From assembly GCA_017499595.2 (NCBI GenBank), contig CM039004.1, forward strand, positions 1,302,001-1,366,000: a stretch of DNA of 64,000 bases, in the 5' to 3' direction. The stretch is from Psilocybe cubensis. Lineage: Eukaryota. Positions 51,901 to 64,000 of the stretch are shown here, one piece after another; position 1 is the first letter of the stretch, and the number at the start of each line of letters is the position of its first letter. A program made the translations under genes and the position numbers. A model generated the notes under the pieces. The model saw nothing but the letters and a program-made list of their open reading frames with translations, ran no database searches and was not told the DNA's origin.

Positions 51901-54616
51901 AGGCTATTGGCACCGAGAGTATGAAGAAACCGCACTGCAGTTTCAATTCATATAGCCAAAGACCCCAGCACCGACCTACATCTCATTGCTGAATTTCTCT
52001 CCGCTATCAGCTTTGTTATCATTCCAGTTTGAACTATTTATAGCCAACAAGAATAACCCCCCGGCGGACACAGAAGGGTACGCATCAAAACCCACTCCCA
52101 CAGGCACAGCTTGCCTCAGCTTGCCCACACCGGCCTCAGTAGACACAAACGGAGATTTTTGAATATAGTCCAGTTGTCGTTGGTCGAGGCGGGGCTGACT
52201 CTGAGGCACCAGCGCCTAAATATACTTCCCCCGTAAGCCCATTGGTGATAGCCTAGCGTCTAGTCTAGAATCACACTTCCCCGCACCAGCGCCAGAACGC
52301 CGTGCCTTCTTCATCATCATGTTTGTGTACGTACAATGGCGTTGACCCAAAAAGACATGTCCGACATTCTGCTTGGCACGTTTTCAACTCGCCTCCATGT
52401 TATGTATCGTGGCGCTAAAAATAGATCGTTTCATCTGGTGTTAAGGTGCGGCGGGGGAGGGAATGGTTTGAAGGTATTTTGGTAATATTAAGTACTATCT
52501 AAGTGAATGGAAGCTAAGCCCCATGTATTGAGATTAAAATGAAATCTGGTAGTCAGGTAATACAGAGTTTGCAAAGTTCTCAGAGCGACGGTCATTAAGA
52601 CCAAGGTATAATAGAACAGAAGTCTAGTTCTGCCATGATAGTACTGTCCAATAACAGGTAAAGCGACCTCGTAAGAGTTTACGCATATGTTTTGTTAATG
52701 AAACTATATGTCATTATTCTCTAAATTTTAGTAAAGCAAGCTACTGCACATTCGAATCCAAGTCATTTTGCCCACAAGAGGTGGTGCTAATCAGTCACTC
52801 ATGTTGATGCTTGACCCATGGTGAGAGCATGACCAAAGAAAACTGCTTGGAAACACTCCACACAGGATCAATCGGGCGCGGAATACTAAACATGCTCTTA
52901 TGGGTTTTGTCATATTTTAACACAGTCGGATTGACTCTATAATCTCTCTGATCACCAAAGTAACTAGTATACATCTTGATGCTGTGGATTAAGGTTCCAT
53001 TGCATAGAATCATTCAACAATGCAAAATGTAATGAAAAACACACGGATATCTGTGGGAGACTTCTCGCAAACTTCATTGTATCAAAACATCATGGTGGCG
53101 CACTTGACAGCCACTTCATCGAAATAAGAAGAACTTGCACAGACCCAGATATGCTGTGAAGAGCAATTAAGGCAACATGTGATAAGGAAGGTAAACCTTA
53201 CGGATGACGTTGTGATAACGCGTCCATTGGGTACAATATTAAAGCGATTTCGGGCCTAAATCGAGATACGGACACAAATGATTCGATGCATTCCTCCTCC
53301 ACCAGACGTTTTGCGGGATACTCCCGTGTATTGTTGGCAAGGCAGTATCTTTGGATATCAGAAGAGTGCGATCGAGCGGGGCAAACTTCATATGTCGACC
53401 CATGACACTGGTCTCTGGAAAAATTTGACGTCGAAGCTCATAAGTCGATCCATATTACACAACGACGTGGAAGTCTGTTGGGACATAGCTGACATGTAGC
53501 GCTATAATTACACAATGAAATTCGCTTTTACGGCATTGGCGATATCATCTCTGTTCTCGCGCGAAGAATATATGTGTTGACAAGAATAAAAGGTAACATT
53601 GCCAGAGTGGAGTGAATGCGCAAAATTTTCGCGTCTCCATTCATATCGCTATACAGCCTTTGCGCGAGGAAGAACGCATGTGGATTTGAAGAGAATGTTA
53701 GCCACAGTAGCCCTTCCATTGACAGAAAGCCGTGTGCCCGCTCCACTCACCATTGGAGAATTCGCAGTTGTACGACTCGGCCTGGAATAATTTTGTGTTT
53801 CACGTTGAGTTCCGTTTCGGCTTTCACAGGTATTCGCACCGGATTGTTGTTTGCGATGAATGTTTTGAATCATATGTCTGCCCTTTGGATTTCAGACTGG
53901 ACATGATATGGATCATTTGTATGATTTAAGCTACTATGGATGTCGAAGAAGTACTTATTATTATACGACACTCAGAGGTTTTAGGTTCGGGTTCCTGGAT
54001 GGTAGTAGGAGATCGACAGGGGTAAGGAATACATTATGACAAAATGTTATCAGAGAATTCGCGATTTGCCTGCTTCGTCCTACCCGACTAAAATTTTGCC
54101 GCTCTCTGAGCCGCTGTTCTCGTGCCATTAATTGTTCCACCTCTCTGGTGAGATTGATTGAAACGATTTTGATGATTCTTGCATTTAAATACTTCCAAGT
54201 GCGCTTGCATGTTTAAGACTATTAAATTAGGTCGAAACCTCCAAAATTAGTAGCCACCGTCAGATATGTGAGTTTTGTGGCGGAGATTGTCTATCTCAAA
54301 CTTGCTATGTCTTGCTATATATCACCGACTGTTGAGTCGAAAGATTATAGAACAAAGAAAATTTCCGATAGATTATTGTGTCAAGGAATACATTTGTAAA
54401 TGTAATAGATGTTGAGTAGAACTTGGAAGTTTGGGAGTAGAGCAGAGCCAACAGGAGAGACCCGGCATTGCGATTGGTCATCATCACGTGCTGTGAAATT
54501 CACCGTTTGCAAGCAAGATACAACATTCAAACTGCTCAGTCATCTCCTTTCATTCCGCGATTTTCACCAGACGGCACTCTTCGAGGTAGCTATCGATAAC
54601 ACACTGCTGATCTGAT

Positions 54617-57600
54617 ATGAGTACTCGGTCAAGAACAAAAACTGGGATTTCGAGCAAGGGCTCTTCAGCTGGACAATCGAGACAAAAAAGTCGGTCTGTT
54701 TCACAGAAACGTCATGACGACATGGATATCGACTCACTTGATGAGAACGACGGTGTAAAACTCTATGCCAAACGCAAAGGGAAAGCAAAGCAGGAGAAAC
54801 TTCGTGCTCCTTTACGTTCAATTGACTGTACCTGTGTAAAGGGTGACGATGGTTCTCCAATGATACAGTGTTCCGAATGCAAAATTTGGTGAGTGGTTAT
54901 CCATCTCAAAATTTTTCATGAACAGGCGTTTTTCTGACCGCGTGTTTTCCAGGTATCATTTCACATGTGTTGATTTGAGTGAGCCAGAGGCTGAGGAAAT
55001 TAGTGAGTTTACTGCGATTCAATATCAATATCCTCAATCTAACGTTTTTTCATCGTATCAGATATATATATATGTCCTACTTGTACTACATCCACAGGTC
55101 GTCGATCAACCAGTGAGTGGACTGATTTATATTCTTACTTATGTACAGCATATTCCGTAGTTTTCCCTTTTTTTGGAGAGAAAAGAATGTTCTATCTCTG
55201 TACCTTCGCCTGATCACGATAACCTTCGTTATCTAAACGGCTTTTGCATTGTCGGCTCATACACCCTTTACTTCTTGACACAAAGAGAATTATTGGTTTT
55301 CTATGGGGTAGGATGCCGCCTTGGATGCTACATGAGTCATAGTCTTGTTTATGTGCTCAGGAATCAGTGCGATGTTACCGGTACCGCTTGTAAAGCGAAG
55401 GCCCGTAAGAGTACCTATACTTTACGCAGACTTCCCGTATAAGCGAGTACCGACAACAAAACGGAATATGCACTGCAATGGGCTACAAATCCATTTTTGC
55501 TATTATGTGCCTAACTTGTTCCTCCTTTCACTCAAATACTGTTTCCTTGACCGCGTAACTGACCTATGGGTTTTCTGATACAGTGAATTGGGAAGGTGAT
55601 GCGGCAAACGAGGAGTACGTCGATGATGAAGTTACAATTACCGCAAGGCGAAAGGCGGCTCTTTCGAAATCAAGGGATGGTAAAAGGGTATCAGAGATGG
55701 CTGAAGAATCTGAGGAGAGTTCAAGCAGTGAAGATGAATACATTGATGTCAAGAGGGAGCATGTTGAACAGAGTAAATTGGTTTCTAAGGTGCGTGTCGG
55801 CACTTTGACTTTTCTTTACATGTCCTAACAACCCGGATTTTCCGTCAGCGTACATCAAATGCCTCTGACTCTGACTCTGAAGACCACAATAGGAAGCGAC
55901 GCTTCACCCGCAAAGTGTCCGCATCTCCGGTCACCAGTGTTCAACATTCTACTTTGAAAAGAAAGGCAGCACCCCATTCAAATCCAGTTCAGGCATCGCC
56001 TGCACACAAGCGCAAAAGGTCAACAGAAAGCCATGGCCATGGAAGCACCGCTGCCGACGATCCAGCCCGGAAGTATTGCTTGGGAAAGTTGGAAGAGCTT
56101 TTCAAGGACGTTTTCTTGCGTTACCCTCACATACGCACACAATCCGAATCCTCAGCCGCTGGTCAACCTATGGATGTCACAGAGGACAGTAATGAGACCG
56201 CCAAACTTGTTCCCAAAGATCCTGAATTACTGACGGAGGAAGAAAAAGAAACCGTGCTCAACCGTGCCCGTCAATTCGCCAATGAATTGGAGAGTAGCGT
56301 TTTTGAAATCTACGCAGAGCCTGACAAGAACGGCAATCCGCACGCAGGAGGAAAGTACAAGTAAGTTTGCAACTTCATTGACACCGTTTACGGACACTGA
56401 ACAACATTTATGTTTACAACCTCACAGAGAGCGTTTCAGGATGCTGCAGTTTAATCTTAGCAAAGTTGACCGTGTTATTATCCATCAGCGCATTACATCT
56501 GGAAATATTTCTGCAAAGGAGATTTCGCTGATGTCGTCCACTGACCTGGCGGACGAGGAGACCAAACAATCTATCAAACTCGCCGAGAAGGAAGCATTGG
56601 AACATTCTATCCTTCTAAAGTCATCTGCCCCACGTGCGAAAATTACCCATAAGGGTTTACAAGACATCGAAGATGTCAATGGTGAAGTAGCTACGGCGCA
56701 ACAGATAGAGCGCTTAAAAGAGCGCGAACAGGAGGAAGATGAAAGGAGAGAACGTGAGCGTATGGCACGACTAAGAACGGTGCAAAGGCAGAGGACAGCC
56801 TCTATATCGGTACCTCCTGAATCTCCGATTGTACCTTCGGGAGAATACCAGTGGGGGGCGCCGCCTCCTGTGCCGCCGCACGCGATTTCGCCAACTGCTG
56901 CTGAATCGGAGGAAAACCAGGGTCAGAGCTTGAGGCCTTCTTTATTCTTGCAGACGTCTGAAGTCAACAACGTCGAACCAGAATTAAACCTTGACGATCT
57001 GATCAATATTGATGGTGAACAAGAATCTCCGCGACCCTCCCCCATTCAAGAATCGACAAGTGGTACATCGACCGACACAAAGTTGGAATCTCTATTATCT
57101 ACTCATCCTTCGCCCATTGTATCGACTCCTACAGGTATTTCGCCGTTTGCTTCGCGACCCGAAAGAATGCGTGGTGCTTCCTTCGACCTTAGCTCTATCT
57201 GGAATGCCCCCAAAGATGAGGCATCCACATCTGAATCTGCCCAAAAGGCCATTTCCGTACCTGCAGCTGCCCCTTCCGGAGAATCGCCTACAGAAGGAAG
57301 CGATAAAGATGATGCAATGGAATTGGAAAGTGTTGAAGCTAACGACCAAGACTTTGACATGTTCCTAGAGGACAACCAAGTGGAATCACCATCCGACGAT
57401 TTGATTGTGACGCCCATTCCCTCACTGCAGGATGTTGAAAGTTTGCCTCAAGTATGGACTGGCAAGGTTAGTGCGTCTTTACGCCCTCATTCATCTGCAA
57501 TATTAATATCTGTACAATTGTAGCTTGCGATGCCACTAGACTCGAGCATGCCACAGGAAACCTATCTTATTGCGCGTCAAGTGGCTGGTCGTGGGATCCC

Positions 57601-58859
57601 TCCAGAGTCACCTCTATGGCGAACTTTGTTCCCATCAGACCAATTGAGGATAGAAGGACGAGTTCCTGTGGACAACTCAGTCAAATATTTGATGCAAATG
57701 CGATTGAATGCATCCAAAGAATTGTACGCCGCTGCTTTTGTCCCAGCTTCTGCTGCGAATGCGGAAGACTTCAAGACTTTTTGCAATTTTCTCAAATCAA
57801 AATCGTAAGTGTTATTTGTTGTATGTATGTATCAACGATATTCATTAACTACTTTACCTTAGTCGTCACGGATTGGTGTTTCCATGGGGTAATAGGCCGA
57901 AGGATTATCATCCTGGTCGTGAACTCTACATGATTCCTTTGCTGCAAAGTGAACCATTACCGGAATTCGTCGAATTATTGGATGGACTAAAGCTTCCTAC
58001 TACTCGAACTAAAGATTATCTTTTGGGAATATGGATTTTGAATAGGGGTAAATTAGCTGTACTGCCTAATTCCACTACAACACAAGCGCCTCCAAAGCAG
58101 ACACCGCCGCCAGCGTCAATGCCTCCAAGCCAGCTACCACCACCAGTATCAATGCCTCCAGTCCAGCCACCTCAACACATTCCCCGAATCCCCGTAATAC
58201 CTCCACCGATGTTCAATACCCCTCCACCTCATGTTCCGCAGAATTTGCCTATTCCCACACCTCCGCTTTCAATTCCACAGACGATACCTGGCATGCCTGC
58301 TATCGCACCTGCAGCACTTGCAGCGGAGGTAGCATCTCTTACTCCAGAGCAGCTTCAGGAAGTTCTTAGGACCCTCGCTGCCACCACGCAAATACCTTTG
58401 CCACCTCCCACAGGGCATATTCCGCAACCACCATCTCAGCCACCTTTCTCTCAAAATCGACCTCCCTTTCCACCTCATGCACCACCCCATATACCTCCAG
58501 GATCTCAAAGCACGCAGCCCTGGATGCATCATACTCCGCCACCCCCACCACCGCCGGGCCAATATCCTGTCAATTACCCTCCTCCAAATGCTCCCTATCA
58601 GCAACCACCCCGTGGTTCTAATTCGCCCGCCCCAGCCTTATATGATCGACACGATTATGACCATGATTACCGTTCTGGACCTCATTATTCACATGGTGGA
58701 CGCGGCGGTCATGATGATCGCGGTTGGCGTGGCAATCAAAGTAATCGAGGACGAGGAAGAGGCCGTGGCGATGGCTACGACCGTGACTACAACGGTCGCC
58801 GCTCTAGTGACTCAGGATGGCCTCGAAGAAGACACGACAATCAAGGAGGTCCTTGGTAG
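54617..58859 (+). CDS. BYE1: Bye1/PHF3/DIDO-like transcription regulator (PHD, TFIIS-M, SPOC)
   Basis: PHD CTC...MIQCSECKIW/YHFTCV...YICPTC; TFIIS-M KYK/ERFRMLQFNL...MSSTDLA; SPOC VWTGK...LRIEGRVP...RELYMIPL; Pro-rich and RG-rich tail. Confidence 0.9.
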
Positions 58860-59110
58860 GGGTCGGAGCATCTTATCTCAGTGTCGCTTTGAACTTAACC
58901 TAACTTATCCATAGTTTTATTTTTTATCACTTCATACTTTGTTTCGTTTGTATGTTAGTGCCTCCTTTTGTCTACATTTGATTCATCTTTTGGCGCAAAC
59001 ATATGTGCCGTTAATGCATTTAACTTGAAAAGTAAAACGCGAAAATGAAAGGAATTTGATCTAAAACGGCTCAGTACTTGGTCCTAGCTCCGTACACCAA
59101 GCACGAGCCG

Positions 59111-60707
59111 CTAGTCTTGAATCTGAACTTTGATTGCACCTTGAGATGGATCCGCCGCAACGTGGAATGCAGCCACTGCTTCTTCAAGAGGGAATCTGTG
59201 AGTAACAAGTGGTTTTATGTTGATTAATCCACCAGCCACTAGACGGATTGCCTTGGGATACTAGACATGATGGATTAAGAACGAAGAAAGCGCCTTAATC
59301 GATTAGACCGAAGGGCTTACCTGGTTCGCATATCGGTACTGGAAACTGACATCGATCTCATTTGCACTCAGATGCATGAAAGGGAACTAACAAAAAGGGG
59401 ATCTCATTGAAAAAATGGTCCCCCATATAGCCTTGAGTTAACACCTACCACTTGTTCATTCTTACCCACACCAATAATGAACACTTTACCGCCAAATTTC
59501 ATGGACTGCAAAAAAAGGTCATCTCAAGGCTCGTGAAAAGAGAGAATGGGCTTACATGAACTGCAGTGTGCACACTGCTCTCCACTCCTGTACACTCTAA
59601 CGCAACAGCTAAAGGGCATCCAGCTGCTTCCTTGATTTGTGCAGCTTGTTCTTTTGAGGTGGTATTACGCGAGATAAGCACAGTTCTGACGCCCGGAACT
59701 AACTTCTTTGCAAAATCGAGACGACTTTGAAACAAGTCGGTGATTACAATGGGTTCTGCGCCAGCAGCTCTTGCAGATAAAAGTGATATTAGACCAATAG
59801 GACCGGCCCCACTAAACACAGTTATTCCATATATTGCATCTTCCATCATTCTTAAGAACTCACCAGATGAGAAGAGGATCTCCAAGGCGAAGACCGGAGC
59901 GTTCGATACCCGCCAAAGCGACAGCTAATGGCTCACATAGGGAACCCTCTTCAAAAGATACGGAATCGGGCAAACGATGAATCCACTGAGCGGGATGAAC
60001 ATGCCAGCGAGTTAGGGTGCCTACATCAGCTTGTCAGTCATGTAAGATGTGAATAAAACAAAGACATTATACCGTGGAATGGCGGGGTCGAGAAAAATAC
60101 TACGTCAGGGCATGCATTGTACCGACCTGTCCTGCAGGCTTCGCAGGCAGGTTGAGAACAGGGCACTCCAGCTTCAATTGCAACTCGGTCGCCTATAAAT
60201 TTTAACTGAATGCACCAATCTTCAGGCACAGAGGTGTCGAGATATACCGGCTTTCCACTGGGTTACACCCTCTCCAACTTCAACTACTTCACCTGCAGAT
60301 TCATGACCAGAACCACACTGGTTTATGACAGCTAAGTCAAATAGTTTATTCAACGTTCTACAATCAACTCACTTCGTCCGTAACGACCATTGAGTCACCA
60401 ATCCTTCCGTGTTGCCAAAAATGAACATCACTCCTGTAAAATGATTGGGATGATTGTATATAGGATCGGACAGGTGAACTTACCCGCAAATTCCGGTAGC
60501 ACGAACGTGGAGAAGAACTTGTCCCGGCCCAGGCTTAGGACGAGGTTTCTCGACAAGATGGATTTCATGTGCAGGGTTGTAGAATGCAGCGATGTTGGCG
60601 TCAGGGGATGGTTTTTCGCCGAGCTTCAACACCCTGAAGTCGGGATGGTCCAGTACCTTGCGTGGATTGTATATCTCGGCGTTTCCAGTAACTTCAGTGT
60701 TCGACAT
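59111..60707 (-). CDS. Zn-dependent polyol dehydrogenase, L-arabinitol 4-dehydrogenase/sorbitol dehydrogenase-like
   Basis: TGICG/SDVHFW, GHESAG, structural-Zn [31 protein letters not shown] and [18 protein letters not shown]. The PFM...FQYRY segment resembles LAD. Confidence 0.92.
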
Positions 60708-61177
60708 TTGAGAAGAGTAGCTTATCGAGTTGATTAGCACAAGCAGAGGGAGGCAAAGGTAAAAGTCGGGCAAAAGAGGAGATTGGCAATCATTTTCACA
60801 GGCGAGATTCTTTATACACCTGGACAATTATTGATTGTGGGTACTGAATAGACATATTCGTATGCTGTTCACGATGTTCAGTGTTCTGAGGTCAGGAGTA
60901 GGTCAGGAGATCATTGTGCGTTTGATTTGGCGTTGATCTTTTTGGAGAAACTCCGGTATTCAACGGATCAACGGTCCGTGTCCGGTTGAGAAAGAGTTGA
61001 GAAAGTGAAAAATCGATGAGGAATATTTGGATGAAAGAAAGAATTAATCTTCAAGGTTCCAACGAGTTGACTGAACTTTCTTTGATATTATATGTAGTTG
61101 CAATAATGAGTAAACAGCGAAGGGTATGAAGTTTCCTACGGAGATCCAAAGAAAAAAGAAAGACTGGTTTAGTAAGG

Positions 61178-63131
<1,954 letters not shown>

Positions 63132-63742
63132 CTTGATATGACGATAGTTAGGGGTTTAGAGGTGAGATGAGCACCGGTAGGACAGAGAGACGTCGCCTCC
63201 TCCAACGAGCGAGAGAAAGGCGCAAGGGGAGGTTGTGCGTTGTCTGAAAGCAAGGAAGAAATAATTATTGGCGTGGTGCTTAATCTGGCACCTTCGCAAT
63301 GGTTGCCCAGGCCCCGTCGGCGATCTCGATATTATTAAATAACACTGGTTAGCACCACCTGATGAATCCCACGAACTCCAGCAGTTTTTTGTCTCTTCTA
63401 CGGTCCTACAGGTACTCACCGAGACATGCTTTAATGCCTTCGTACATAACACATACAATAATAACGCCTCATGGACCCGCATGCCTGGGTACCCTGTCTG
63501 AACCCCATGCAGCATTCGAAGCTCAGGAGGTTGACATATCGGAACTAAGTATAAAATTTACCATTACTCTGTCATTGTATATAATTTTTGATGAGTTTCT
63601 AGCCTGTGCTTTAAAATTTAGAATAAAGCTTTCAGAGCTCAGAATATGTATACTTGGATTGGATGAGTGGTCCCAGAGGCGACGACAAAGTTACTTACAC
63701 AGGCGGCCGCTGGACACATTTTTGGATGTGTTTGGCCGATGT

Positions 63743-63859
63743 ATGTCAGACACAAATAAACATGTGTCTGCCACCTCCATCCGATATCAGTGGGTGACAC
63801 AACAGGCCGAAATTCATGTGGCTGCCACATAAGTGCCAAGCACCGTTTGTGTCAGCCAC
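63743..63859. repeat. Five copies of the palindromic-consensus 11-mer GTGKCWGMCAC
   Basis: Copies start at 63743, 63764, 63790, 63818 and 63849. Three match the consensus exactly and two have one mismatch. Confidence 0.8.
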
Positions 63860-64000
63860 ATTCTAGCAAATACATATTTTTTTGTAGGCTTTTCATATGT
63901 ATTCACAGTATAATATCATTGTGAAATTTTATTTTTGGTCTTTCATACAAGATTAGGTTATAATAAAACACCATATATTGAGCATGAAGCTGAAGCTAAA

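Noticed and set aside
49000-54550. Possible gene or transposon remnants in the ~5.5-kb gap between the kinase and Bye1
   Set aside because: Only short ORFs with no recognisable motif, TIR or LTR. A degenerate element cannot be excluded without BLASTX or a repeat library.
55198-55235. TPP-riboswitch-like string TACCTTCGCCTGATCACGATAA in the Bye1 intron
   Set aside because: There is no upstream UGAGA and no GCGnAGG closing of P4/P5, and the host gene is unrelated to thiamine. A Rfam scan would settle it.
55142-55490. The structured intron as RNase MRP/P, SRP or H/ACA RNA
   Set aside because: CAATGGGCTAC faintly resembles CR-V, but I could find no CR-I (GAAAGUCCCC-like), no SRP helix-8 motif and no ANANNA hinge.
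63743-63859. CRISPR-like reading of the repeat-spacer pattern
   Set aside because: The repeats are only 11 nt, spacing is irregular, the context is eukaryotic and there are no cas genes.

Overview
This is eukaryotic fungal DNA, most likely an Agaricomycete basidiomycete. That is inferred from the short ~50-60 nt GT-AG introns, many microexons and the gene families present; the species cannot be determined from the sequence. I assembled about 20 spliced protein-coding genes by hand: PMT4-type mannosyltransferase (5' part only), an F-box-like protein, sterol O-acyltransferase, an FBXO9/Hrt3 F-box protein, a DnaJ (Hlj1-like), PP2A-B55/Cdc55, RED/IK, Erg4, Mpe1/RBBP6, Vps5, a Wsc-tailed Ser/Pro-rich membrane protein, an intronless disordered protein, a coiled-coil tail-anchored protein, two tandem GH18 chitinases, a small secreted protein, a CH-kinase-C1 Cdc15-like kinase, Bye1, L-arabinitol/sorbitol dehydrogenase and an NDR kinase. 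I recognised no tRNA, rRNA, CRISPR array or intact transposon. The most unusual items are: (1) a ~335-nt base-paired element in an oversized intron of the Bye1 gene; (2) a Wsc-type sensor with no WSC domain and no signal peptide; (3) a Cdc15-family kinase with CH and C1 domains; (4) a 2.6-kb patchwork of different short tandem repeats inside a GC3-rich block; and (5) a five-copy palindromic 11-mer cluster at the right edge. Exon boundaries and RNA pairings were read by eye and are unverified.
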